From Patescibacteria group bacterium (GTDB taxonomy: Bacteria > Patescibacteriota > Patescibacteriia > UBA9570 > JAHJKD01): a stretch of 64,000 bases of DNA. How positions within the stretch are numbered: position 1 is the stretch's first letter; each line of letters begins with the position of its first letter. The notes beneath the pieces are model-generated. The model ran no database searches, was not told the DNA's origin, and was given only the letters and a program-made list of their open reading frames with translations. The stretch spans positions 1,531-65,530 of the forward strand of contig JAHJKD010000050.1 of NCBI GenBank assembly GCA_018822435.1, written 5' to 3'. The position numbers were made by a program, and so were the translations under genes. Below are positions 44,107 through 52,951 of the stretch, one piece after another.

Positions 44107-45006
44107 ATGGATAACCTAGAAAATTCCATCCTTAAAACCCTCACATACTTCGATCTTTTCGACTACCCTTTAACTTTGCTGGAAATTCAGAAATGGTTAT
44201 GGGAAACAAAAGAGGAAGATCTTAATAAAATCAAACAAGTCTTAAACAATAGCCCTCAAATAGAAAGCCGCGAGGGCTTTTATTATTTACAGGGACGGGG
44301 CGACATTGTGCGAAAAAGAAAAAACCGTTATGTCGTGGCCCAAAAAAAATTCAAGAAAAGACTTCCCTATATCCGCCTGCTTACCTGGCTGCCCCATGTC
44401 AAAGCTATTTTTGTGGTAAACAACCTGGCTATTGCCAATGCCGGCACAAACAGCGACATTGACCTCATGATCATCTCCCCGGACGATAAAATATGGACCA
44501 CGCGCATGTTTACGACCACGCTCATGAAAATCTTCGGCCTCCGTCCTACGCAAGAAAAAAACAAAGACCAACTTTGCTTAAGCATTTACCTCACGGAAAA
44601 AAATCTAAATCTGGAAGATTATAAAATTAATCCGGACGACATCCATTTCACTTACTGGGCAGATCAGATCTTCCCGGTTTATGACCCAGACAACCTGGAA
44701 AAAAAATATATTAAGGCTAATGCCTGGATTAAAAACAAGCTGCCCGCTTCAATTGGATATCAGGCTGCCTGGCCTCGCACTATTAATCGATCCGGCTTAA
44801 ATAGATTTATGCAGTCTTTCTTAAGTCTGGCTTCTTTTGAAAATGCTTATAAAAAATGGCAGCTGAAAAATCTGCCCCAAAACCTGAAAGACATGATGAA
44901 TAAAGATACCAGAGTAGTTGTCAACGACAAAATTTTAAAATTCCATGACAATGACCCCCGAGCAGAAATCCTCCAAAAGTGGGAGCAAAAAATCCAACAA
45001 ATTTGA
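44107..45006 (+). CDS. Hypothetical protein with a nucleotidyltransferase-like core
   Basis: The track start at 44080 (TTG) lies inside the palindrome. ATG 44107 (MDNLENSILK...) is preferred. GTNSDIDLMII resembles an NTase G[ST]-x(n)-DxD motif. Confidence 0.6.
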   Translation: MDNLENSILKTLTYFDLFDYPLTLLEIQKWLWETKEEDLNKIKQVLNNSPQIESREGFYYLQGRGDIVRKRKNRYVVAQKKFKKRLPYIRLLTWLPHVKAIFVVNNLAIANAGTNSDIDLMIISPDDKIWTTRMFTTTLMKIFGLRPTQEKNKDQLCLSIYLTEKNLNLEDYKINPDDIHFTYWADQIFPVYDPDNLEKKYIKANAWIKNKLPASIGYQAAWPRTINRSGLNRFMQSFLSLASFENAYKKWQLKNLPQNLKDMMNKDTRVVVNDKILKFHDNDPRAEILQKWEQKIQQI

Positions 45007-45835
45007 ACAGCGCGCCGACATCATAGACGCGATTCGCGCCTTCTTTAAAAATGAAGGTTTTTTGGAAGTTGATACGCCTTGCCTGGTTGATCTGCCTGGC
45101 ATGGAACCATATTTAGATCCATTAAAAACTGAAAAAATAAATGGCCGAGGAAACAAGAAAGATGCCTATTTAATTACATCTCCTGAATACGCCATGAAAA
45201 AATTATTAGTCGATGGCTTTAAAAGAATATACACGATCTGCTCTTGCTTTCGTAACGGCGAAACCCCTTCCTCTCTTCATAACACTGAATTTAAAATGCT
45301 CGAATGGTACCGGGCTGACGCCGATTACAAAGACATCATGAAAGACACGGAAAACCTAATCTATTTTGTAAATAAAAAAATTAATAATTCAGATTTTTTA
45401 GAATACCAAGGCAAAAAAATTGACCTCACTCCTCCCTGGTCGCGAAAAAACCATACTGGAGATGAAATAGACGAGCATCTTGGCTGGGAAAAACCAGAAT
45501 TTATAATTGACTATCCTGCAGCAGAAGCATCTCTTTCTAAAATTAATAAAGAAGACAAAGCCGAAAGATTCGAATTATTTATTGCCGGCATTGAACTAGG
45601 TAATGCTTTTTCTGAATTAACTGACTGGCAAGAACAAGAAAAAAGGCTCATAAGAGAGAGGGAAGAAAGAATAAAGATGGAAAAAATTATGTACCCCGTT
45701 GACAATACCTTTATAGAAGCGCTAAAATGTGGAATGCCCGAATCAGGCGGAATCGCCCTGGGCGTCGACCGACTAGTCATGTTATTGACCAATAGTCGGT
45801 CTTTAAAAGAAGTAATTTTATTTCCTGACGATTAA
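44945..45835 (+). CDS. epmA: EF-P lysine beta-lysyltransferase EpmA (PoxA/GenX-like, class II LysRS paralog), short form
   Basis: 296-aa ORF. IRAFFKNEGFLEVDTP, TSPEYAMKKLL, CFRNGE...HNTEFKMLEWY, ERFELFIAGIELGNAF and GIALGVDRLVML parallel E. coli EpmA blocks. It lies next to efp. Confidence 0.8.
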   Translation: MTMTPEQKSSKSGSKKSNKFEQRADIIDAIRAFFKNEGFLEVDTPCLVDLPGMEPYLDPLKTEKINGRGNKKDAYLITSPEYAMKKLLVDGFKRIYTICSCFRNGETPSSLHNTEFKMLEWYRADADYKDIMKDTENLIYFVNKKINNSDFLEYQGKKIDLTPPWSRKNHTGDEIDEHLGWEKPEFIIDYPAAEASLSKINKEDKAERFELFIAGIELGNAFSELTDWQEQEKRLIREREERIKMEKIMYPVDNTFIEALKCGMPESGGIALGVDRLVMLLTNSRSLKEVILFPDD

Positions 45836-45840
45836 TTTTT

Positions 45841-46401
45841 ATGATTGACGCCAACCAAATCCAAAAAGGCACTGCCTTTAAATGGAAAGGCGACCCGTAT
45901 GTGGTGACTGAATTTGAATTTTACAAGCCTGGCAAAGGCAATTCCCTGACCCGGACGAAAATGAGAAATCTGAAAACAGGCAATGTCGCTTCTAACAATT
46001 TCCAGTCTGGTGAGAAGCTGGAAAACATACAAGTCAGCTTCCTGCCTGTTTCTTTCCTATATAAGGACGATACTGACTTTTTTTTCATGGACAAGAATTT
46101 TGAACAATTCCAAATCCCAAAAAACATTATTGCCGAACGCGATAAATACCTGGTCGAAGAAGGCCAAGTCGACGGCATCTTCATTGAAGACGCCCTCTAT
46201 GACATCCGCCTGCCTAAAAAAATGCAGTTCAAAGTCGTGGAAGCCCCAGAAGGCGCCCGCGGTGATACAGCTAACGCCGCCACTAAGCCAGTCAAACTAG
46301 ATACCGGCGCGGAAGTCCAGGCCCCTCTATTTATTAAAGAAGGTGAAATTATTCAGATCAATACAGAGACGGATGAATATGTCGGGCGGGTGAATGAATA
46401 A
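45841..46401 (+). CDS. efp: Elongation factor P
   Basis: 186-aa ORF with the conserved loop YKPGKGNSLTRTKMRNLKTG, which includes the modifiable Lys. Confidence 0.95.
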   Translation: MIDANQIQKGTAFKWKGDPYVVTEFEFYKPGKGNSLTRTKMRNLKTGNVASNNFQSGEKLENIQVSFLPVSFLYKDDTDFFFMDKNFEQFQIPKNIIAERDKYLVEEGQVDGIFIEDALYDIRLPKKMQFKVVEAPEGARGDTANAATKPVKLDTGAEVQAPLFIKEGEIIQINTETDEYVGRVNE

Positions 46402-46465
46402 GCTCCAACAATAAATATTCCAAAAGGCGGATGTAGCGACATCCGCTTTCATTTTTTATATATAT

Positions 46466-47281
46466 TTATGACAATTTCTTATTCTGAGGTTTTTTAAGAT
46501 AATTATTTTTAATTGAAATCTTTTTTCCCGTACGTTTCTCAATGTCCTTACGGGTAGATCCGGCTACTTCACCGCCTTCTTTAGCATCTTTTTTTAATGG
46601 TTTGAAAGATTTGGACTCTTTGTCTTGAGTTAATCTGGTTGTTGTCGCTTCACCCAGCATTGTCAGGATCAATTCCAAATCATCCATATGATCCCTTAGA
46701 TTCTCACGCTGTAAATTCTTAAACTTTTTATACTCCTCCGGCGACATGTCAAAAGTGGCCTTAGAAATTTCTGAAGTCAAAATGGCGTATTCCCTCGCTT
46801 GTTTTAGCCCTCTTTTACTCCACTCATCAGTCAGCTCTTCCCGCACAGCAATGCCCCTCATCCTCTTCTCAATCCAGGAGTCACTATATCCCTTGGCTTT
46901 ATATAGCGCCTTTGTCCTTTTTGTTGCCAATTCCGGATCTTCAATTTCTTTGATCCTTTCATAGCCAACTCTGGCTAGCCAACGCTTGAAAGGTTCGGCT
47001 TTAGGCGAAGGGATTGATTGGATAATACGAAATATCCCCTCTGTATTGGCGCAATTCATCTCTTGTTTGCCGCCTTTAGTGCCTATTTCAAGGGTGTGTA
47101 CAATTTGTACCCACCCCTTAGCTATTTCTGCGTCTCTCTGCTTCATCCGTTGTATATATTGTTTTGCGTCCCGAGAATCAATTAATGCTAAAACAACATC
47201 TTCAACAACAAACCACCATTCATTATCATGAATAGTCCTTCTCACTTTTTTCCCTTTAAAAATCGCAATTTTATTATTCAT
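46466..47281 (-). CDS. Bro-N domain / DinD-like (phage antirepressor-type) protein
   Basis: 271-aa ORF. IHDNEWWFVVEDVVLAL...NTEGIFRIIQSIPSPKAEPFKRWLA is characteristic of Bro-N/DinD proteins. Confidence 0.75.
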   Translation of the reverse strand: MNNKIAIFKGKKVRRTIHDNEWWFVVEDVVLALIDSRDAKQYIQRMKQRDAEIAKGWVQIVHTLEIGTKGGKQEMNCANTEGIFRIIQSIPSPKAEPFKRWLARVGYERIKEIEDPELATKRTKALYKAKGYSDSWIEKRMRGIAVREELTDEWSKRGLKQAREYAILTSEISKATFDMSPEEYKKFKNLQRENLRDHMDDLELILTMLGEATTTRLTQDKESKSFKPLKKDAKEGGEVAGSTRKDIEKRTGKKISIKNNYLKKPQNKKLS

Positions 47282-47637
47282 CTAATTTTATTTTAAATGA
47301 TTATATTAATTATAACAAAAATAAATAAAAACACCCGGATTTTTTTGGGTGTTCTGAATTTAACATATAAATTTTTATATCTCAAATTTAACACAAAATT
47401 TGAAATATGGCAAATCCTTATTTCAAGTAAAATTTAATTAACTATTATATAAAATAGACAAAATTTAAACTGCCACCGAGAACTTCCTTTGTGTATGACA
47501 GTCGCTGCTGTCGCTGAGGGAGGCGTGGACACCGTCATCAGGAAGATGATGTTCGGAAATGGGTTGTGGTGTCTCTGAGGGCAAGTACGGAGCAGACTTC
47601 TTCCTCCAGCTGGCGAAGAAGTAGAAAGGAGGAGGCC

Positions 47638-47736
47638 ATGTCTCATTCACGAGCCGGGCCAACAGACTCGCCAGCGGAGGCCTCAAGCCAAGAATCCCTG
47701 GTGAGTCTCCGTAAAATTATTACATTTTTAAAATAA
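47638..47736 (+). CDS. Candidate 32-aa peptide at the 3' end of a GC-rich segment
   Basis: AAAGGAGGAGG SD precedes the ATG at 47638. Translation is MSHSRAGPTDSPAEASSQESLVSLRKIITFLK, with the stop just before hairpin ACCCGA-ATATCA-TCGGGT plus a T-run. The competing minus-strand ORFs 47465..47686 and 47434..47646 lack any SD. Confidence 0.25.
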   Translation: MSHSRAGPTDSPAEASSQESLVSLRKIITFLK

Positions 47737-47774
47737 TAAAAACACCCGAATATCATCGGGTATTTTTATTGTTG

Positions 47775-47816
47775 GTTGCGGGGGGCGGATTCGAACCGCC
47801 GACCTGATGGTTATGA
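47775..47816 (-). repeat. Orphan copy of the 3' half of tRNA-Met (att-like direct repeat)
   Basis: 42/42 identity with 49829-49870 (GTTGCGGGGGGCGGATTCGAACCGCCGACCTGATGGTTATGA). It covers the tRNA 3' end up to the anticodon loop. Confidence 0.9.
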
Positions 47817-47994
47817 AGATTGGGACCCCTCATCAACCAATTTGGCTAACCTAAGTCATTTATAGCTGAGCTCAGCTAAAATTTACCCACCTATCATTTT
47901 CTCAAGCATTCCCAAACTTGATCAAATGTACTCAATCATCATCACTTCGTGGGCAACTGGTGGGCAACGCTTTTTAAGAAAGTAATTATTAATT

Positions 47995-48204
47995 ATGAAA
48001 ACCAATCACAATGAATCCAAGCCATTGGATGAATCTCTCTTAACCGTAAGCCAAGTTGCGAAGCTGTTGAATCTTTCCAAAACAACAATCTATCGTCTGG
48101 TTGAGACGCGACAAATTCCACACTACAGAATTTCCGGGTCTCTCCGCTTTTCACGGAAAGAGATAGAAGAATATTTAAGGCAAGAAAGCTACAGATCTCC
48201 CTAG
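47995..48204 (+). CDS. Excisionase/AlpA-type (MerR-superfamily) HTH DNA-binding protein
   Basis: 69-aa ORF. LLTVSQVAKLLNLSKTTIYRLVETRQIPHYRI...RFSRKEIEEYL matches the helix_turn_helix_17/Xis pattern. Confidence 0.75.
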   Translation: MKTNHNESKPLDESLLTVSQVAKLLNLSKTTIYRLVETRQIPHYRISGSLRFSRKEIEEYLRQESYRSP

Positions 48205-48296
48205 AACCCAATTTAGAAAATTTTTATATTTCCTGCCTACATTGACAAATAGCAAATCTTTCTTAAGATAAATGTACTTATTTTTAACACAATATT

Positions 48297-48839
48297 ATGA
48301 GTGTAAAATTTTTAAAGAGCTTTGATGATTATTGCGAAGAGCACACATCAAAGGAAGATGTAAACGAAGCAATTAAAAATCCAGATAAAGTGACCAGAGA
48401 AGATATGGGTAATCAGCAATCCCTGTTCTTTTTGAAACATTTCTCTGAAGGCGAAAATGAATATTACATTCTTGCCTGCGCTACCAAAAAGGAAGATGAA
48501 ACTAGTGTATATGCCGCTTTTTATCTGCCACCGGAATTTGATAGTCAACTATCTAAAATGGATGCAATAGATGTAATGGTGGCTGTGGCCGAGGCATTTG
48601 GTTTAGAGGCAACTAGCGGTTCAGCCAAATCTAAGTTTATTCATCATCAGACCTATTGGACTGACAACGATAATTCTATACCTTTTATAGAAGGATTTCA
48701 GCCAGGTGATAAAAAAATGATATGTCAAACGTGGTTTAAAAAAGAGCCCCACGGAAGCAAAGTTCGTATCGAAATTCATACTGCTTTTTGCATCAATATG
48801 GATATTTATTACGAATGGCTACATTCTATTAAAAGATAA
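48297..48839 (+). CDS. Hypothetical protein (180 aa)
   Basis: ORF with TTGACA-N17/18 promoter at about 48243. No family recognised. Confidence 0.55.
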   Translation: MSVKFLKSFDDYCEEHTSKEDVNEAIKNPDKVTREDMGNQQSLFFLKHFSEGENEYYILACATKKEDETSVYAAFYLPPEFDSQLSKMDAIDVMVAVAEAFGLEATSGSAKSKFIHHQTYWTDNDNSIPFIEGFQPGDKKMICQTWFKKEPHGSKVRIEIHTAFCINMDIYYEWLHSIKR

Positions 48840-48849
48840 GAATAAGAAC

Positions 48850-49701
48850 TCATGCTAAAATATATTTCTTTATATAAACATCTAACTCTATCCAATTAAC
48901 CAAGGGCCTATTAAATTTTTGTATAATTGGTTCGACTTCCTTCGCTATAATATTATTTTTAATCAAGAAATACATTTGTGAGAATTTTCCTCTGTTCTCA
49001 TTATCTTGTTCTTCCCAACTTATTATCACTCCAAGGATATTCTTGTTTGAAGATAAAAATAGCTGGACTGGTATAGACATCTCTGCCAAGCCTGGTTTTA
49101 GAATCCAGTGCTGAGGTACTCTAAGAAATATAATTCCTAAGTTTTCTTTTCGAATTTGTTCAGCTGCTTTCTCACAAGGTTTTACTATTGATTCTTCAGA
49201 ATAGGGGGTAGTTTCAGATTTATTTTTTACCTCACATCGTATTTCAGGAGTAGTCTTTAAAAGTATATCAAAATTTTTATCTTTATCCTTATCTTTATCA
49301 GCGATAACAAACTCAAATGGTAAATTTCTTCTGAAGAAATGAGCACCACCACCCAATTCAGCAAATCGCGAAGTTAGATTTCCTCTTTTTATATGCTTAA
49401 CAACAGAGTCTATCCCCTCAACATGCTGCATGTTGTAAACCATTTCAGCTAAATCAGTAACCCGATTTTGATGGACAAATCCCATTTTCTTTGTGAGTAG
49501 AAACACCCTAGCTTCTTCTGTTTGTTGTGGATGCCGGCTATGTTGCATAAAAAGCGTTTGATTGGCCCATTCGTTTCTTATCATTCTTCTTATCAATTCT
49601 ATTGAGACGGCGCTCCTATAGAAATCAAACTTTTCTTTTGGGAGCTTGTTTTTTATTGTTTGGCATAATTTTTTTATTTCTGCCTCACTGACTTTTTCCA
49701 T
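48850..49701 (-). CDS. Hypothetical protein with a possible PD-(D/E)XK nuclease motif
   Basis: 283-aa ORF. NFDILLKTTPEIRCEVKNK fits D-x(n)-E-x-K. The call is tentative. Confidence 0.5.
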   Translation of the reverse strand: MEKVSEAEIKKLCQTIKNKLPKEKFDFYRSAVSIELIRRMIRNEWANQTLFMQHSRHPQQTEEARVFLLTKKMGFVHQNRVTDLAEMVYNMQHVEGIDSVVKHIKRGNLTSRFAELGGGAHFFRRNLPFEFVIADKDKDKDKNFDILLKTTPEIRCEVKNKSETTPYSEESIVKPCEKAAEQIRKENLGIIFLRVPQHWILKPGLAEMSIPVQLFLSSNKNILGVIISWEEQDNENRGKFSQMYFLIKNNIIAKEVEPIIQKFNRPLVNWIELDVYIKKYILA

Positions 49702-49829
49702 ATGTTTCTTATTAATAATTACCCACTACTTATTTTATCATGTTCAATTACAATAATAACAACATAATATAATTGTAGTTTTTAGGTGTGATTTGATTTA
49801 ATCAGTAAACACCGATGAGGGACTTCTTG

Positions 49830-49901
49830 TTGCGGGGGGCGGATTCGAACCGCCGACCTGATGGTTATGAGCCACCCGAGCTGCCACTGCTCCACCCCGC
49901 G
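49830..49901 (-). tRNA. tRNA-Met (anticodon CAT), initiator-like
   Basis: Minus-strand sequence CGCGGGGTGGAGCAGTGGCAGCTCGGGTGGCTCATAACCATCAGGTCGGCGGTTCGAATCCGCCCCCCGCAA. A C1:A72 mismatch and the CGCGGGG acceptor match bacterial tRNA-fMet. CCA is not encoded. TTGACA-N17-TAATAT promoter at about 49958-49986. Confidence 0.88.
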
Positions 49902-50013
49902 TCATTGACCCTGAGCTTGTCGAAGGGTCTCATTACTCTTATAGAGCAAGCTATATATTAACCCCAAAAATTAAATATGTCAAATCTTAGCCAAATTTGG
50001 TATAATTAACCTC

Positions 50014-50955
50014 ATGAAAAGAAGGGCCAAGGGAATCAAAAAACCACGCGGCGAGCGCATTAAAAAAGCGCTGGTTGTTTTTAATCCCGAGGCCGGGCTG
50101 GCCGTTCTGCGCATGGGCGATAAAAAAATAATTGAAAGATATCTCAAAAGAAAACTGATTCAATATACTTTTTACACCACCAAGGAAGACAAACCGATCG
50201 AATTGGAAAAATACAAAGAAGAAAAATTTGATATTATTATTGTCGCTGGCGGGGACGGAACAGTCAGGGAAGTTGCCCATTGGATGCTTAAAAATAACGA
50301 CAAGACCCCCTTGGCGATTATTCCTTCTGGTACCAGTAATTTTTACGCCATGGGCCTGGGCGTTCCCCTCACTTTAAGAAGAGCCTTGTCATTTGCCATC
50401 AAACATAAGGCCATGCCCCAGGATGTGGGTATAGTTAATAAAAAACAATATTTCCTTTTTGTGGCCGGCGCCGGGTATTCTGCAAAATTTGCCCAGGATA
50501 CTCCCCGCCGATTAAAAAAAGTAATTGGTTTCCCGTCTTACTTACTCATTGCTGTCGCTCATTCTTTTAATAAAGACTATATCGAAGGCACTCTGCAAAC
50601 AGATGGTGACACCAGGGAAATAAGAACCAGAGCTTTGGTCGCCTTTAATATGAGATCGGCCCTGAATGTTAATCCTTATGTCCCTTTAGATGCTCATCCT
50701 GGTGTATTAGATGTTTTAATTGCCGATGAAATTAAAGTCACCAATGTCATGCGCTTGGCAAAACGTTTCACCGATGAAAAAAGGACCCTTGATCAGAACC
50801 AGGTTAAATTAATTAAAACAAAAAAATTAATTTTTGAATCAAAGTCTGTGATACCCATGGAAATCGACGGGGAAACATGGACTGGAAAAAAATTAGAGAT
50901 CGAATTAATTCCTAACGCCTTAAATATCGTATGCGGCAAATCATCGCCAAAATAG
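50014..50955 (+). CDS. Diacylglycerol-kinase-family lipid kinase (YegS/BmrU-like)
   Basis: 313-aa ORF with IIIVAGGDGTVREVA and IIPSGTSNFYA motifs. Confidence 0.8.
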   Translation: MKRRAKGIKKPRGERIKKALVVFNPEAGLAVLRMGDKKIIERYLKRKLIQYTFYTTKEDKPIELEKYKEEKFDIIIVAGGDGTVREVAHWMLKNNDKTPLAIIPSGTSNFYAMGLGVPLTLRRALSFAIKHKAMPQDVGIVNKKQYFLFVAGAGYSAKFAQDTPRRLKKVIGFPSYLLIAVAHSFNKDYIEGTLQTDGDTREIRTRALVAFNMRSALNVNPYVPLDAHPGVLDVLIADEIKVTNVMRLAKRFTDEKRTLDQNQVKLIKTKKLIFESKSVIPMEIDGETWTGKKLEIELIPNALNIVCGKSSPK

Positions 50956-52214
50956 GTGAATGGCTCTTATATATTTTTGCCTTCTTGCTTCCCTGGCAAA
51001 CCCGGTGGATTTTTTTTGAAGGTGAAATAAATAATGGCTTCTGGGAATATGGCTCTTATAGTTTGTATGGTTTTGATATTATATTGTTTCTTCTGCTCAT
51101 CATTACAATCATAGTCGGAAAAAAGAAAAACTTTTTCATCAATCGATTTAGTCTGGCTGCTCTTGGCCTTCTCCTGGTTGCCTTTTTCTCTCTCTACTGG
51201 GCCCTGGACAAAGAAATCGCCCTATATGCTTTTACCCGCCTGCTGGCTGCCATGCTGCTTATTATTATTGTCTGGCAGATCAAATTCAAGCCTCTTTTTC
51301 TGGCTGGCGCCATTGCATTGGCCGGAGTATTTCAATCTATTCTCGCCACCTGGCAATTTTTCACACAAAAAGCTGTGGCCATAAAATTTTTAGGCATGGC
51401 TGAACACCTACCCTGGATCCTGGGGGATCAGGTTATTGAATTTACCGGCGGCCGAATGCTCCGGGCTTATGGCTCTTTTCCGCATCCCAATATTCTAGCC
51501 GCTTTTCTCGCTATCGCTGTCATTCTCTCTATTGGTATTTATTTAAAATCAACTAATAAATGGGGTAAGTATTTTGCTCTGGCTTCTCTGGTAATAAATT
51601 CTGCCGGATTATTCTTTACTTTCTCCCGCGCCGCCTGGATCGGCTTATTTATTACTTTGCTTTTTTATGGTTTGCTGATCTTCTGGATCTACCATCGCCG
51701 TGAGCTGACATATATAAAATTATTCACTGCTATTCTTCTGCCGTTTATTTTGCTGACTGCCATTTATCCTAATCTCGTTTTAACTAGATTCGGATTAGGA
51801 GAAGATTTTCAGAGATTAGAGATAAAATCTATTGAACAGCGGGCCGATTATACGGAACAATCATTGGAAATCATTAAAGCCAATTTCATGACTGGTGTTG
51901 GCATTGGCAATTATACCTGGACCTTGCATGAACAAGTTGATAAACATTTGGAATCTTATGATTATCAGCCTGTCCATAATGTTTATTTACTTGTCTTGGC
52001 TGAATTAGGAATATTTGGATTATTATTTTTTATATATTTAATCGCGGCTGTATTATTGAAAATTGATTTGAAATCTCGTCTTAATCTGGCTTTTGCCATG
52101 TGCTTCTTGTTTTTCGCCTTTATCGCTTTTTTCGACCACTTCCTCTGGACTATGGCGATTGGACTTTATCTTTTCTTTTTGATATTCGCCGTCAACAGTA
52201 AATATAGTAATTAG
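50931..52214 (+). CDS. O-antigen ligase (Wzy_C) family membrane protein
   Basis: 427-aa polytopic ORF with FSRAAWIGL in a central loop region. Its last codons lie inside the MITE-like repeat. Confidence 0.7.
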   Translation: MRQIIAKIGEWLLYIFAFLLPWQTRWIFFEGEINNGFWEYGSYSLYGFDIILFLLLIITIIVGKKKNFFINRFSLAALGLLLVAFFSLYWALDKEIALYAFTRLLAAMLLIIIVWQIKFKPLFLAGAIALAGVFQSILATWQFFTQKAVAIKFLGMAEHLPWILGDQVIEFTGGRMLRAYGSFPHPNILAAFLAIAVILSIGIYLKSTNKWGKYFALASLVINSAGLFFTFSRAAWIGLFITLLFYGLLIFWIYHRRELTYIKLFTAILLPFILLTAIYPNLVLTRFGLGEDFQRLEIKSIEQRADYTEQSLEIIKANFMTGVGIGNYTWTLHEQVDKHLESYDYQPVHNVYLLVLAELGIFGLLFFIYLIAAVLLKIDLKSRLNLAFAMCFLFFAFIAFFDHFLWTMAIGLYLFFLIFAVNSKYSN

Positions 52215-52428
52215 GATCACGAAAATTCGAAAAAACGAATTTCTCGAAGGTATTAACTTCATTTATATTGTAATGGCTGATGACTATTTTGTTGGGAATT
52301 TATATTACAGAAATCTTTTCGGCTTATTAAATAATTTCACTTTAAAATTAGTCCAAAGGCGCTTATTAATTTATAAGAGTAATTACCTTCGAGTTTTTCG
52401 TAACTTCATGCTTTCGTGATCCAAATTT
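52204..52428. mobile_element. MITE-like element, copy 1
   Basis: ATAGTAATTAGGATCACGAAAATTCGAAAAAACGAATTTCTCGAAGGTA...TACCTTCGAG...TTTCGTGATCCAAAT. It has imperfect terminal inverted repeats of about 44 bp (about 31/44 paired by my count) and no ORF. Confidence 0.7.
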
Positions 52429-52526
52429 CCCCTAAACGAAATAGAGCCCGTGACATGCACAGAATAGCGTCATAAAATTCACGATAATTTCAGAATAAAT
52501 AATTTGCTTATTTTCTCTGAAACGAT

Positions 52527-52563
52527 GGGATGAAAGACGGACGCTGGGTCCGTCTTTCATCCC
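52527..52563 (-). terminator. 16-bp perfect GC hairpin downstream of 52592..52888
   Basis: GGGATGAAAGACGGAC-GCTGG-GTCCGTCTTTCATCCC. Confidence 0.55.
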
Positions 52564-52591
52564 AAACAGGAAACCGCTCTTCCGGCAAGCG

Positions 52592-52888
52592 TCAGAGCCT
52601 CTCGATGATCCCGCCGGGTCCATGGGGGCCGTAGCCGTGGCCGTCCAATGACCCGATCAAGGCCCGCAGCCTGTCCGCCTTCGCGACTTTGCTGCGGACA
52701 ATGCTCATGATCCCTTCCCAGACGGCCTGGCGCTCGTCGTCTTCCAGAGCCATGAAAACTTCATAACTGCGGGCAGTGAAGCTTTCATCCGCCATCAGGG
52801 AAACCGGATCATCAGAACTGGAATCAATTGACTCACACACCTGCTCGAAAAAACTCGCCAAAATCTCACGATTATCAGATTTAGCCAA
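52592..52888 (-). CDS. Hypothetical acidic 98-aa protein; GC-rich island gene
   Basis: TTG start with SD AAGGAGG 8 nt upstream. GC-ending codons. No family recognised. Confidence 0.55.
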   Translation of the reverse strand: MAKSDNREILASFFEQVCESIDSSSDDPVSLMADESFTARSYEVFMALEDDERQAVWEGIMSIVRSKVAKADRLRALIGSLDGHGYGPHGPGGIIERL

Positions 52889-52921
52889 TTAGGTTGCCTC
52901 CTTTCTTCCTGTTGAAGACTT

Positions 52922-52951
52922 AGCTTACCAAGAAAGGCAAAAAAAAGTCAA
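52922..52951 (-). promoter_or_regulatory. Sigma70-like promoter for 52592..52888
   Basis: Minus strand TTGACT (52951-52946), 18-nt spacer, TAAGCT (52927-52922). Confidence 0.4.

Larger units (their letters stand above)
47775..49870. mobile_element. About 2.1-kb tRNA-Met-associated islet bounded by 42-bp direct repeats; no integrase present
   Basis: Direct repeats lie at both ends. The cargo is an Xis/AlpA-like HTH gene, a 180-aa unknown and a 283-aa protein with a D...ExK nuclease-like motif. Confidence 0.6.

Noticed and set aside
47434-47686. Minus-strand 70-aa and 73-aa ORFs in GC island F as genuine genes.
   Set aside because: They overlap each other in different frames, have no SD (unlike every other island gene), and give Pro/Ser/Leu-rich low-complexity products. 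They are probably GC shadow frames, and the function of the segment is left open.
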